Origin: Planctomycetota bacterium
GTDB taxonomy: Bacteria > Planctomycetota > MHYJ01 > WSZJ01
Direction: 5' to 3'
Assembly: GCA_038060895.1 (NCBI GenBank)
Contig: JBBTCT010000018.1
Span: 46,928-110,927 of the forward strand
DNA length: 64,000 nucleotides
Shown here: in pieces, positions 46,544 through 57,746 of the stretch
Layout of the letters: each line of letters starts with the position of its first letter
Position numbering within the stretch: position 1 is the stretch's first letter
Made by a program: the position numbers and the translations under genes
Notes under the pieces: model-generated
The model's database searches: none
What the model saw: the letters and a program-made list of their open reading frames with translations, nothing else
Told to the model about the DNA's origin: nothing

Positions 46544-47562
46544 AGTTGCGCCACCACCCCGGTCGTCGCGATGTTCGCGAGGCCGAGCGGAATGAGCGTC
46601 TTCCAGCCGAGGTGCATGAGCTGGTCGAAACGGAAGCGGGGGAGGGTCCAGCGGACGACGATGAAGAAGAAGAGAAGGACGGAGACTTTGGCGAAGAAGA
46701 CTGCGATCGTCAGGAGGCTGAAGAGGATCCCGGTCTGGCCCGCGGGCATGCCTGGGAACGACCATCCGCCGAGGAAGAGCGTCGTGATCATGCAGCACGA
46801 GGAGAACATTGCCGCGTATTCCGCGAGGAAGAACAGGGAGAACTTCATGGAGCTGTATTCCGTGTGGTAGCCGCCGATCAGCTCCGCTTCGCACTCCGCG
46901 AGGTCGAACGGCAGCCTGTTGGTCTCGGCGAAGGCGGCGATGAAAAAGATCACGAACGCGACCGGCTGCTTGAGGGCATTCCACTTCGGCACGAAGCCCA
47001 TCCACGTTCCGGTCTGGTCGGCGACGATGACGTTGAGGTCGACGCTCTGGGACGTCATGAACACGCTGATCAGTGCGATCCCCATGGCGATCTCATACGA
47101 GAGGACCTGGGCGCTGGCGCGCATGCTGCCGAGCATGGCGTACTTGTTGTTGGAGGCCCAGCCGCCGAACGCGATGCCGTAGACGCCGAGGCCGGTGAGG
47201 GCGAGGAAGAGCAGCATGCCGACGTTGCCGCGGCAGACCTGCAGGTCGAGCTGGTAGTCGCCGATCGTCATCGGCGCGCCGAACGGGATGACGGTGGCGG
47301 TCATCGCCGCGGGGAAGAAGGCGAGTGCCGGCGCCAGGACGAAGAGAAACCTGTCCGCGCCGTCGGGGATCACGTCTTCCTTGAACAGCAGCTTGATGGC
47401 GTCCGCCAGCGGCTGAAACAGCCCGAACGGCCCGACGCGGTTGGGCCCTACGCGGTCCTGGATCAACGCGGAGATGCGGCGCTCCGCCCACACGAGTAGC
47501 GGAACGATCTGCATGACGATCGCGAAGACGCCGAAGGCGACGACGAAATCCCAGAAGCGGAT
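46540..47562 (-). CDS. nuoH: NADH-quinone oxidoreductase subunit H (probable ATC start at 47562)
   Basis: ERR..QDRVGPNRVGPFG, NRLPFDLAECEAEL; the TM1 frame extends upstream of ATG 47514. Confidence 0.93.
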   Translation of the reverse strand: MRFWDFVVAFGVFAIVMQIVPLLVWAERRISALIQDRVGPNRVGPFGLFQPLADAIKLLFKEDVIPDGADRFLFVLAPALAFFPAAMTATVIPFGAPMTIGDYQLDLQVCRGNVGMLLFLALTGLGVYGIAFGGWASNNKYAMLGSMRASAQVLSYEIAMGIALISVFMTSQSVDLNVIVADQTGTWMGFVPKWNALKQPVAFVIFFIAAFAETNRLPFDLAECEAELIGGYHTEYSSMKFSLFFLAEYAAMFSSCCMITTLFLGGWSFPGMPAGQTGILFSLLTIAVFFAKVSVLLFFFIVVRWTLPRFRFDQLMHLGWKTLIPLGLANIATTGVVAQL

Positions 47563-47628
47563 GGCGAAGACTCCTAAGCCGGGCCGATGACAACATCGTT
47601 TTTACCAACACCCCGCTCCGCCCGGCTT

Positions 47629-47662
47629 ACCCTGAGCGAGCCCGTAGGGCGAGTCGAAGGGT
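47629..47662. repeat. REP-like palindrome (CCCTGAGC...TCGAAGGG type)
   Basis: accctgagcgagcccgtagggcgagtcgaagggt between nuoG and nuoH. Confidence 0.55.
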
Positions 47663-47708
47663 CTACGTAACTTGCAGCCTGTTTCGTGAGAATCCTGTTT
47701 GACATGTC

Positions 47709-49352
47709 CTAAACCTTCACCGCCGTACGCGCCGGCACGCCGAGGTCCCCGACTTCGCGGTAGGTCAACTCGCGGAACGCCTCGACTTCTGCCCCGATCT
47801 GGCGGAAGACTCCGTCACCTGACAGGACACCCGAACCGCCGGGCGGATGCCGGTTCACGATTTCCTGCAGGATCTCGAGCGACGGCGCCGCATCCCCCGG
47901 CGGCTGGATCACCGGCCGGACCCTCTGCACGCGCCCGTCGACATTCACGAACGTTCCGTCCTGCTCCCAGTGCATCGTCGCGGGAAGGCGCACCTTCGCG
48001 TACTTCGACGCGGACGATGACTCGAGCACGTCCAGCACCACCAGCGTCTTGACGCGCGCGAACATCGCTTCCAGCTCCGGCGAAATCGCCAGCTCCGGCG
48101 CGCTGGAGACGACGAGAAGCGCGCTGACTTTCCCGGCCTCGAACTCCTTGCGCACGGCCGTCGCTCCGACCTCGACGGCAAGGTCCCCGAGAATCGCCCT
48201 GGCCCCGGCGCGGTTGGGGTTCCGGTCCGCTTCGATCACGAACCCGCCCTTGAACTGCTTCCGCTCACCGCCCGGCTTCTCAAGCGTCCCAACCGGGGCC
48301 TGCGCGTTGAGGAGTTTCATGAGGCGCTTGAAAAGAAAGAACTCCTCGTTCGTGTTCCACAGGCTGATGAGCCCCGCGACGGCGCCGCCCGCCGCCGACA
48401 GCCGTTGCCACGCCGCAAGCACCGCCTCCGCGCGCGTCACGCCCTTCCCGTCGACCTGCGCTTCGACGAGTCTTCCAGGAAGCGCGTGCTGCTTGTAGGA
48501 AAGGCGCCCGGCGTCGCACATCCACCAGTCGTTGACGGCGAGATTCTCGCGCGGCTTGAGGCGCGCGATTTCTTCGTTCAGCTGTTCGGCATCGACGTTG
48601 CAGCCGACCGAACAGCCGGCGCAGAGCGTCTTCTGTTCCTTCGTGAACCAGACGCGCGCCTTGTACTTGAAGTCCTCGCTGATGAGCGCGCCGACCGGAC
48701 AGACGTCCTCGGCGCACATCGAGAGTGCGTTGTCGAGCGGCCTGCCGGGGAACACGTCGACGACAGAATGGTCTCCGCGGTTGACCACGCAGAGCTCTCC
48801 GGTGCCCGAGATTTCGTCCGTGAAGCGCACGCACCGCGTGCAGACGATGCAGCGGCTTCCCCAGATCGAGATCGTCGGGCCGAGCGCCTTGGTGTGCTTC
48901 ATCTGCCGTTCTTCGTAGAAGCGGCCATGGCTGCGGCCGTGGGCGTAGGAATGGTCCTGGAGGTAGCACTCGCCGGCCTGGTCGCAGGTGGGGCAGTCGA
49001 GCGGGTGATTGATGAGCTCGAATTCCATGACGCCTTCGCGGGCCTTGATCACGTCGGGCGTCTTTGTCTCGACGGTCATGCCGTCGGTGATCTGGGTCAT
49101 GCAGGAGATGGCGAGCATGGGACGGGGAGGGGGCGGAGCCGGGGGCGTTTTCCCGTCGGGGCCGGGTTTCGGCGGCGGAGGAGCGGCGGGAGTGACGCGC
49201 ACGAGGCACATGCGGCAGTTGCCGGAGAGGGAGAGGCCGGGGTGATAGCAGAAGTAGGGGACTTCGGCGCCGTTGCGGAGGGCTACCGGGAGGACGGTTT
49301 CGCCCTTTTCCCCGGTGACCTGCTTGCCGTCGATCGTGAAGGTAATGGGCAT
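47709..49352 (-). CDS. nuoG: NADH-quinone oxidoreductase subunit G (short form)
   Basis: FCYH..GNCRMC, NHPLDCPTCDQAGECYLQD, RCIVCTRC..CPVGAL, CAGCSVGC..C. Confidence 0.93.
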   Translation of the reverse strand: MPITFTIDGKQVTGEKGETVLPVALRNGAEVPYFCYHPGLSLSGNCRMCLVRVTPAAPPPPKPGPDGKTPPAPPPPRPMLAISCMTQITDGMTVETKTPDVIKAREGVMEFELINHPLDCPTCDQAGECYLQDHSYAHGRSHGRFYEERQMKHTKALGPTISIWGSRCIVCTRCVRFTDEISGTGELCVVNRGDHSVVDVFPGRPLDNALSMCAEDVCPVGALISEDFKYKARVWFTKEQKTLCAGCSVGCNVDAEQLNEEIARLKPRENLAVNDWWMCDAGRLSYKQHALPGRLVEAQVDGKGVTRAEAVLAAWQRLSAAGGAVAGLISLWNTNEEFFLFKRLMKLLNAQAPVGTLEKPGGERKQFKGGFVIEADRNPNRAGARAILGDLAVEVGATAVRKEFEAGKVSALLVVSSAPELAISPELEAMFARVKTLVVLDVLESSSASKYAKVRLPATMHWEQDGTFVNVDGRVQRVRPVIQPPGDAAPSLEILQEIVNRHPPGGSGVLSGDGVFRQIGAEVEAFRELTYREVGDLGVPARTAVKV

Positions 49353-49380
49353 CAGTTCGCTCTCCGGAAGACGAACGACG

Positions 49381-49478
49381 AACTCCAAATCCCAACTCCA
49401 ACTCCAAATCCCAAAGAGACCATCCTTGATAAGGGTTGGGATTTGGAGTTGGAGTTGGGATTTGGGGTTGCCGTGGCC
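49381..49478. repeat. inverted tandem-repeat hairpin (TTGGGATTTGGAG); partial copy at 39112-39145
   Basis: aactccaaatcccaactccaactccaaatcccaa ... ttgggatttggagttggagttgggatttggggtt. Confidence 0.8.
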
Positions 49479-49485
49479 GTTTTTC

Positions 49486-50852
<1,367 letters not shown>

Positions 50853-50856
<4 letters not shown>

Positions 50857-51335
50857 CGGGACTCCTTCAACTTGCGGATCAGGTCCGGCACGGACTCGGC
50901 GGTCAGGTTCTCGTGGTAGTCGTCGTTGACCTGCACGCAGACGGCGGAGCCGCACGAAGCGAGGCATTCGACTTTCTTGAGCGTGAACATCCCGTCTTTC
51001 GTTGTCTCGTCCTGCCCAATGCCGAGCTCGGAAGCGAACTTGTCGAAGACGGCCTCGGCGCCGCGGAGCGCGCAGGGGAGAGTCGCACAGACCTGGACCA
51101 GGTGTTTCCCCGTTCCGGGGCGGCGGTAGTGGGTGTAGAACGTGAAGACGCCGAGAACTTTCGCGGGCGACACCTCGAGAATTTCCGCGACGTGCTCCAT
51201 CGCGTCGAAATCCACGCACCCGGCCTGCTCTTCCGCCATCCTCAGCGCGGGGAGAAGCGCCGCCTGCTTCTTCGGGTAGCGCAGGATGAGCGCGTTTAGC
51301 TTCGCGCGCCGTTCCGGGGTGAACGTGAAGCTCAT
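50853..51335 (-). CDS. nuoE: NADH-quinone oxidoreductase subunit E
   Basis: CATLPC...ECLASC. Confidence 0.95.
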
Positions 51336-52546
51336 CGGTCGAGCTCCCCGGCGATGACGTTGATCGAGCTCATCACCGCCACGAGGTCGCTGATCATCCC
51401 GCCGCGCACCATCTTCGGGAACGCCGTGTAGTTGATGAAACTCGGCGGACGGCAGCGCAAACGGTACGGGTTGCGCGTCCCGTCGCTCACGATGAACCAC
51501 CCGAGCTCGCCGTTGGGGCCCTCGGTGCTCGAGTAGATCTCGCCCGCCTGCGGCTTGAAACCGTGGCCGTGCATGATGAGCTTGAAGTGATGGATCAGCG
51601 CTTCCATGTCGTTGTAGACGCTGAATTTGTCGGGCAGCGCGAACTTCGTGTCGAGCGCCGTCACGGGGCCGGTCGGAATGTTCTCCAGCGCCTGCTCGAG
51701 GATGCGGAGGGACTGTCGCAACTCCGCCATTCGGACCTTGTAGCGCGAGTACACGTCCCCGTCAGGCGCAGTCGGGATGTCGAAGTCGTACTTTTCGTAT
51801 CCGAGGTACGGCTTCGCCTTCCGGACGTCGTAAGCGACGCCGCAGGCGCGCAGAAGCGGCCCGGTCAGCCCGTGAGAAATCGCGTCCTGCTTCGAAAGCG
51901 CGCCCACGCCGATGCAGCGCTTCAGAAAGATGCGGTTCTTGTTGAGCATCTTCTCGATCTCGTCGATCACGCCGGGGAAGTACTCGACGAACTTCTTCAC
52001 CGCCGGAATGAAGTCATCCGGGACGTCGCGCGACAGCCCTCCGACCCTCGTCCACGACGTCGTCAGCCGCCCGCCGGTCACCGCTTCGAAAATGTCGTAC
52101 AGCTTCTCGCGCTCGACGAACGTCCACAGCATGATCGAGAACGCGCCGAGGTCCATGGCCTGCAGCCCTATCGACAGCGCGTGGTCGCCGATGCGCCCGA
52201 GCTCGGCCATGATGACTCTCAGCACGCGGCAGCGCGGCGTGATCTCGATACCTAGCAGCTCCTCGACCGCCATCGCGAAGCCGATGTTGTTGTTGAGCGA
52301 GCTCATGTAGTTCAGGCGGTCCGAGAGCGTGATGAACTGGTTGTAGCTCCGGTACTCCGCCAGCTTCTCGAAGCCCGTGTGCAGGAAGCCGATGTGGGGA
52401 ATGACGTCCACGATCACTTCGCCGTCCACCTCGCACTCGAGGTGCAGCGTCCCGTGCGTCGCCGGGTGCTGCGGCCCGATGTTCAGCTTCATCGTCCGCG
52501 TTCCGAGCGTCCCCTTTCCCGCCACTGCCGGCGTCGCCGTGCTCAT
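51332..52546 (-). CDS. nuoD: NADH-quinone oxidoreductase subunit D
   Basis: NIGPQHPATHG, DRLNY, EGPNGELG, GELDR. Confidence 0.96.
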   Translation of the reverse strand: MSTATPAVAGKGTLGTRTMKLNIGPQHPATHGTLHLECEVDGEVIVDVIPHIGFLHTGFEKLAEYRSYNQFITLSDRLNYMSSLNNNIGFAMAVEELLGIEITPRCRVLRVIMAELGRIGDHALSIGLQAMDLGAFSIMLWTFVEREKLYDIFEAVTGGRLTTSWTRVGGLSRDVPDDFIPAVKKFVEYFPGVIDEIEKMLNKNRIFLKRCIGVGALSKQDAISHGLTGPLLRACGVAYDVRKAKPYLGYEKYDFDIPTAPDGDVYSRYKVRMAELRQSLRILEQALENIPTGPVTALDTKFALPDKFSVYNDMEALIHHFKLIMHGHGFKPQAGEIYSSTEGPNGELGWFIVSDGTRNPYRLRCRPPSFINYTAFPKMVRGGMISDLVAVMSSINVIAGELDR

Positions 52547-53055
52547 GACGGCTCCTCCACCGTGTACTTCGGGAAATTCGACCGCTCCCCGCGGCCCTTC
52601 AGCGGGTAGTCCTTCCGAAGCGGATGCCCGGTGTAGTTGTCCGGCATCAGGATCCGGCGCAGGTCCGGATGGTTGAGGAAGCGGATTCCGTAGAGGTCCC
52701 AGACTTCGCGTTCGAGCCAGTTGGCGTCCGCCCAGAGCGCGTTGACGGATTCGATTTCGCACCGCGCCTCGCTGACGTAGGCCTTCACGCGGAGCCTTTC
52801 GTTTCGCAGGAGCGAATAGAGCTGGTAGACGACCGCGAACCGCTCCGGGTGGTCGAGCCGCAGGTAGTCCACGGCCGTGAGATCGGTCAGCACGTCGAAA
52901 GGGCACTCCGCGTCGTCGCGAAGGGCGCGGAGCATTTCCATCGAACGGCCCGCCTTCACGGAGATCGCCACCTGTCCGCGGAATTCCTCCACGGAGAGAA
53001 TTTCGTCGCCGAATCTCTCTTTGAAGCGCGTGACGACGGGGTCGGTTGATTTCAA
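52543..53055 (-). CDS. nuoC: NADH-quinone oxidoreductase subunit C
   Basis: ANWLEREVWDLYGI...HPLRKDYP. Confidence 0.95.
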   Translation of the reverse strand: MKSTDPVVTRFKERFGDEILSVEEFRGQVAISVKAGRSMEMLRALRDDAECPFDVLTDLTAVDYLRLDHPERFAVVYQLYSLLRNERLRVKAYVSEARCEIESVNALWADANWLEREVWDLYGIRFLNHPDLRRILMPDNYTGHPLRKDYPLKGRGERSNFPKYTVEEPS

Positions 53056-53058
53056 AGT

Positions 53059-53547
53059 TCAGCTGCCGTGCCTGGTGTCGGAGAGCTTCTCCTTCGAGAC
53101 GATTTCCTGGATCTTGCGTACGCCGTCGATGAGGTTCTCCGGGCGCGGCGGACAACCCGGGATGTAGACGTCCACCGGGATGAACTGGTCCACCCCCTGG
53201 ATCAGCGTGTAAGTATCGAACACGCCTCCCGACGAAGCGCACGCGCCCATCGAGATGCACCACTTCGGCTCGGGCATCTGCTCCCAGATCTTCAGCAGCA
53301 CCGGCATCATCTTGATCGAGATGCGGCCCGACACGATCATCAGGTCGGCCTGCCGCGGCGAAAACCGGATGACTTCCGAGCCGAACCGGCTCATGTCGAA
53401 TCGCGAGGACAGCGTCGCCATCATTTCGATGGCGCAGCACGCGGTCCCGAACGGCATGGGCCAGAGGGCGTTCCCGCGGGCCCAGTTCACAAGCGCCGAA
53501 ACGCGGGTTGCGAGAGCGCCGTCACCGAGGAGTTTTTCTAGTCCCAT
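53059..53547 (-). CDS. nuoB: NADH-quinone oxidoreductase subunit B
   Basis: [22 protein letters not shown]. Confidence 0.96.
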   Translation of the reverse strand: MGLEKLLGDGALATRVSALVNWARGNALWPMPFGTACCAIEMMATLSSRFDMSRFGSEVIRFSPRQADLMIVSGRISIKMMPVLLKIWEQMPEPKWCISMGACASSGGVFDTYTLIQGVDQFIPVDVYIPGCPPRPENLIDGVRKIQEIVSKEKLSDTRHGS

Positions 53548-53894
53548 TCGAGGGCTCCCCGCTTCCAGACGTAGGCCAGGCCTGCGGCGAGCACACCGAC
53601 GAAAATCCCCATTTCGACGAGCCCCGCGACGCCGAGAGACTTGTGAATCAGGGACCAGGGGATGAGGAAAACGGTTTCGATGTCGAAGAGGATGAAGAAA
53701 ATGGCGACGAGGTAGTAGCGAACATTGAAGCGACCGTGGGCGGACTCGAGCAATGGGACGCCGCACTCGTAAGGCTCGGTCTTGCCCTTTCCTTTGCGCT
53801 TCGGGCCGATGAGCGAGGAAGCGATGATGGCCCCGGCGCCGGTCAGAACGGCGAGAAGGGCGTAGAAGGCGAGGGGGCCGTAGTCGTGGAGCAT
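53538..53894 (-). CDS. nuoA: NADH-quinone oxidoreductase subunit A
   Basis: PYECG, FDIE, KRGALEW. Confidence 0.96.
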   Translation of the reverse strand: MLHDYGPLAFYALLAVLTGAGAIIASSLIGPKRKGKGKTEPYECGVPLLESAHGRFNVRYYLVAIFFILFDIETVFLIPWSLIHKSLGVAGLVEMGIFVGVLAAGLAYVWKRGALEWD

Positions 53895-53925
53895 GGTGGA
53901 AGTGTCGGGCGGCTGAAGTTCGTGG

Positions 53926-53954
53926 AATTATAAGGGGAGGGGGAGGGGCGTCTA
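53926..53954 (-). promoter_or_regulatory. nuo operon promoter
   Basis: TAGACG-N16-TATAAT on the minus strand. Confidence 0.55.
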
Positions 53955-54141
53955 TGTTTGAAGGCTCGGCAATGAAGCGGCAGACTTGCCGAAGCGGTGA
54001 GTGCGGAACGACTTTGCGTTGACAGGAACAAATTCCCGCGCGGAGACTTCCCCGACTGAACAGGACTTGACACCGTTTGCTCAAATTAAGAAACTTAATC
54101 AAACGCCACAACACCTAACCCCGTGAGCTAACTCCTTAACC

Positions 54142-55818
54142 ATGAAAAACTTCCACCTTGCCTGCCTCGGCCTGACCTTCGCCGCTTCGCTGTCTTGCGC
54201 CCAGGTACCTCTCCCTCCTCCTAATCCCGATGTCAAAATCGATGAAGGCGTCATCGACGTCTACCAGGGTGGGGTGCGCTGCGCCGTCGAGAGCTTCACC
54301 ATCGTTCGCACGGGCAACGGCGACATCGAGATCCACGGCGAGGCAACTCTCGCGCTGCCAGACCGCGCAGGCGGCTCTGAAAAGTGGACGTTCTACCCCA
54401 TGGTCCGCTACGGCGGGCGCGGTCTCAAATTGTACGAGCTGCGCGCCAAGTACCCCACGGGGCCGGGGACCACGGATGTCCGCTTCGATGGCGCCCAGTG
54501 CACCTGGTCGTTTCAGGGACCGAATAACCAGCAGGTCGGCCCGACCCCGGTGCCTCTGCCTCTCGACGGCATCCTCATCGACAAGCGCATCATGTCACAC
54601 TTCGCATACTTCGGATTAATCCCGGGCGACAAGACGCGCCTGTCGCTGGATCCCGACACGGCGCGCGTTGCCGAAGTCAGGATTTCGGATCCGGTGCCCG
54701 CGAGGATCGAAACTCCGCTCGGCAATTTCCTCTGCGAGCGCGTGCTGGTCACGACGGGGGCTTTCGGCGCGAACATCTGGCTCAACCCCGAGGGATTCCT
54801 GCTGCGCGTGGAGATTCCCCACTTCGGCCTCGTGGCCGTACGGCGTGGCTGCTACGGGTTTCCGGGGATTCGAGGTCGCGGTGTCGAGGCGGAAGAACCC
54901 GCGCTGCGGGAGATCCGGGTGCAGAACGGCCGCGCCCAGCTCGCAGGGTCCCTTTACACTCCCGACGGCGCCGGCCCTTTCAATACGGTTCTGATCATCA
55001 GCGACTCCGGCGCCCAGGACCGCAATGGCAACCAGCCTGGCACGACGCTTTCCTGGAACCATCATCGAGACTGGGCCCGCGCCTTCCGCCGCGCCGGGGT
55101 CGCGGTCATCTCCCCTGACGACGCGGGAGTCGGCCTGTCGGTCCCGGGCCGCGACGAAGAGACAATTTCGGATTCCGTGCTGCACGGGCGCGCGCTCCTC
55201 GCCTGGGCCCGCAAGGAGGCCGCGCTCCAGGGCGGCAAGGTCGGCGTCCTGGGCCACGGTGAAGGTTCTCTCGTCGCCCTTCAGCTGCTGAAAAACGGCG
55301 ACGCCGACTTCGCCGTCCTCATCGGCGCCCACGGAAGAATGATGGGGAGCATTTACCTTTCGCAGGAAGAAGCGGAAATGAGGCGCCAGGGAGTACCTGA
55401 AGCGGTGATCAAGGACAAGCTGGTGGAGGATGCGGAGATTCAGCGGCTGTGGCTCGATACGAAGATTCAGCTCTGGGCGCCTCCGGCGGTCCCCGAGCAG
55501 TTCGTTCACATGGGAGCCCCGCGCGCCTGGTTCCGCGACCTGATGAGCTTTGACGTGATCAAGATCGCCGCGGAAGTGAAAGGACCGGTGTTCATCATTC
55601 ACGGCGAAGCGGACGCCCAGATCCCGGTCACGGACGGCGAAGCGCTTGCCAAAGCGCTGACGGACGCGAAGAAGGACGTGACGTTCAGGAAGTATCCCGG
55701 GCTGGATCACCTCCTGATGAAGACGATCAATGGCGAAATCGGCGACTCGGCCGACCCGGATCGGAAGGTGGACCCGGACGCTGCCGATGAGATGGCGAAA
55801 TGGGTGAAGGGAAGGTAG
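54142..55818 (+). CDS. exported alpha/beta-hydrolase-fold protein with N-terminal beta domain
   Basis: SDSGAQDRNG, GHGEG, HGEADAQI, YPGLDHL. Confidence 0.85.
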   Translation: MKNFHLACLGLTFAASLSCAQVPLPPPNPDVKIDEGVIDVYQGGVRCAVESFTIVRTGNGDIEIHGEATLALPDRAGGSEKWTFYPMVRYGGRGLKLYELRAKYPTGPGTTDVRFDGAQCTWSFQGPNNQQVGPTPVPLPLDGILIDKRIMSHFAYFGLIPGDKTRLSLDPDTARVAEVRISDPVPARIETPLGNFLCERVLVTTGAFGANIWLNPEGFLLRVEIPHFGLVAVRRGCYGFPGIRGRGVEAEEPALREIRVQNGRAQLAGSLYTPDGAGPFNTVLIISDSGAQDRNGNQPGTTLSWNHHRDWARAFRRAGVAVISPDDAGVGLSVPGRDEETISDSVLHGRALLAWARKEAALQGGKVGVLGHGEGSLVALQLLKNGDADFAVLIGAHGRMMGSIYLSQEEAEMRRQGVPEAVIKDKLVEDAEIQRLWLDTKIQLWAPPAVPEQFVHMGAPRAWFRDLMSFDVIKIAAEVKGPVFIIHGEADAQIPVTDGEALAKALTDAKKDVTFRKYPGLDHLLMKTINGEIGDSADPDRKVDPDAADEMAKWVKGR

Positions 55819-55918
55819 CGGGGGGCGGCCTCGGACGATTACGGAAATTGAATCTTCTTCGGATTTCATCCAGAATCACGCGGTCGCAGTTCTCCTCCCG
55901 TGCCATCCGGAGTGCCCC

Positions 55919-56509
55919 ATGGTCGAGCAGGTTCTCGTCGTCCCACGCACGGACCTGTTCGGCCTGACGCACAATCCCCACGGGTTCGACACCCGCAGCC
56001 TCGGCTTCTACCGCGAACGAATCGCCCGCTTCTCGCGCTTCGTCGATCGCCCCGCCGCCGAGGAGGATCCGTCGCTCAAGCAGATCATCCCGTACGCGAT
56101 GGTCCGTTGCGGAAAGCGCATCCTGACCTTGACGCGGCTTGCGAAGCAGACCGAAAAGCGCCTTCACAACAAGGTCTCGATCGGCGTCGGCGGCCACATC
56201 AACCCGGACGGCGGGCTGGAGGGAATCGTCGAGCGAGGGCTGAAGCGCGAGCTGGATGAAGAGCTCGACATCCGGTCGGAAACGAAAATTCGTCCCGTGG
56301 GCTACATCAACGACGATTCCTCCCCCGTCGGATCGGTGCACTTCGGGCTCGTCTTCGAAGTGCTCGCGGCGACAGAGGACGTCAAGGTGCGCGAGACCGA
56401 GATGATGGAGGGCGGGTTCAAGGAGGCGGCAGAACTGGCGGCGCTGGCCGAGCGGATGGAGACCTGGTCTCGCTTCCTGGTCGATAACCTCCCGGCAATT
56501 CTTTCCTGA
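55919..56509 (+). CDS. NUDIX-family phosphoesterase (COG4112/YmaB-like)
   Basis: AEEDPSLKQIIPY, EKRLH..SIGVGGHIN, RELDEE, VGSVHFG. Confidence 0.88.
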   Translation: MVEQVLVVPRTDLFGLTHNPHGFDTRSLGFYRERIARFSRFVDRPAAEEDPSLKQIIPYAMVRCGKRILTLTRLAKQTEKRLHNKVSIGVGGHINPDGGLEGIVERGLKRELDEELDIRSETKIRPVGYINDDSSPVGSVHFGLVFEVLAATEDVKVRETEMMEGGFKEAAELAALAERMETWSRFLVDNLPAILS

Positions 56510-56583
56510 GCGCGCGCTAAAAAAGCGATCGACGGCGCGAGGCACGATCGCGCGATGGCGATCGCTTTTTTAGCGCGCGCTCA
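56507..56583. repeat. inverted repeat spanning both convergent stop codons (25-bp arms), possible terminator
   Basis: tgagcgcgcgctaaaaaagcgatcg ... cgatcgcttttttagcgcgcgctca. Confidence 0.8.
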
Positions 56584-57684
56584 TCCGAAGACCGCCGGCA
56601 AAATGGAAGTGCTGGTCCCGCGCGCTTCTGCGATGTTGACGACCGTGCCGTCCGAGACAAGCCCGATGACGCCGGCCAGCGGATGATTCACAGGCCTGCG
56701 CATCGCGACGCCGCCGCGCTTCATCGTCATCTCCGCTTCCGCCGTCCCGTTGGACCTCAGGCGGCGGAGCGTGAATTTCCGGAACGACCAGAAGCCCACC
56801 AGGGCGCCGTCGTCGATGGGGACGACCCATTCGAGGCGCGACTCCGGCTCGAACTGTGCGACGGCGGGTTCGCCAAGAAGCTCGTAGAGCGCAAGGCGCG
56901 CCGGGGCGTCGCGGGAAAGGCCGGAAGCGGGGCCAAGGAAGGCCGGGACCTTGCGATGGGCGAGTTTGTTTCCTTCGAAGGCGAAGCACTCGAGCACGCC
57001 GCGGCTTGTGTGCACCCAGAGTCGCTCGCGGATCCAGAAGACTCTGCCTGCCATTTCGCCGCCGCCGGGAATCCAGGGCGTCTTGGTGACCGGCTTGCCG
57101 TCGGCCAGGAAACAAACCGCGCCGGCCTTTTCCTCCTTCAGCATCAGCGACTCCACCTCCGCCGCCAGCACCCCCGCCGACACCTCGACCGGCGTTGACA
57201 TCCAGTCCATCTTCCGTCCGATGGGGAAGCGGTGAATTTCGTTCCCGTCCCAGCGCCAGGCGAACGACATGCGGCCGGGCCCGGTGCCGCGAGAAGCGCC
57301 GATCCACAGGTAAGGACCGATGGCGTTGGGGCGGTCCGCGTAACACTCCCAGTCGAACTCGTCGAGTGTCTGCGGTTCGCCATCGCCGAGCAGCACGAGC
57401 CGCGAACGGTGCTGGTAGTGCCCTCGATCCGCCTGTCGCGAATCGGCGATCGCGGTCAGCGTGTGCTGCTTCCAGAAGACCGGAAGCCAGATGGGGCTAT
57501 GGAAGCGGCGTTCGTCCAGGACTTCGCCGGCGAGGTCGAACGTCGTCCACGTCGAGCCCATGAGCCCGGGCTTTTTGAGGTCGTGGTCTCCCGTGACGGC
57601 GTGGAGGCGCCCGTCGGGGCGGATTCCCAGTTCAAGTCCGCGCCCGGGGAAACGGCAGACTTCGTCGAGGACGAGTTCGCGCAT
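56581..57684 (-). CDS. hypothetical protein (beta-rich)
   Basis: Long ORF with coding-like codon usage; start uncertain. Confidence 0.65.
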   Translation of the reverse strand: MRELVLDEVCRFPGRGLELGIRPDGRLHAVTGDHDLKKPGLMGSTWTTFDLAGEVLDERRFHSPIWLPVFWKQHTLTAIADSRQADRGHYQHRSRLVLLGDGEPQTLDEFDWECYADRPNAIGPYLWIGASRGTGPGRMSFAWRWDGNEIHRFPIGRKMDWMSTPVEVSAGVLAAEVESLMLKEEKAGAVCFLADGKPVTKTPWIPGGGEMAGRVFWIRERLWVHTSRGVLECFAFEGNKLAHRKVPAFLGPASGLSRDAPARLALYELLGEPAVAQFEPESRLEWVVPIDDGALVGFWSFRKFTLRRLRSNGTAEAEMTMKRGGVAMRRPVNHPLAGVIGLVSDGTVVNIAEARGTSTSILPAVFG

Positions 57685-57746
57685 AAGGGCAGTGGGTAGG
57701 TGGTAGTGGGAGGAGGCAGGCACGGCCGGCCGGCGCGAGGGGAGCG

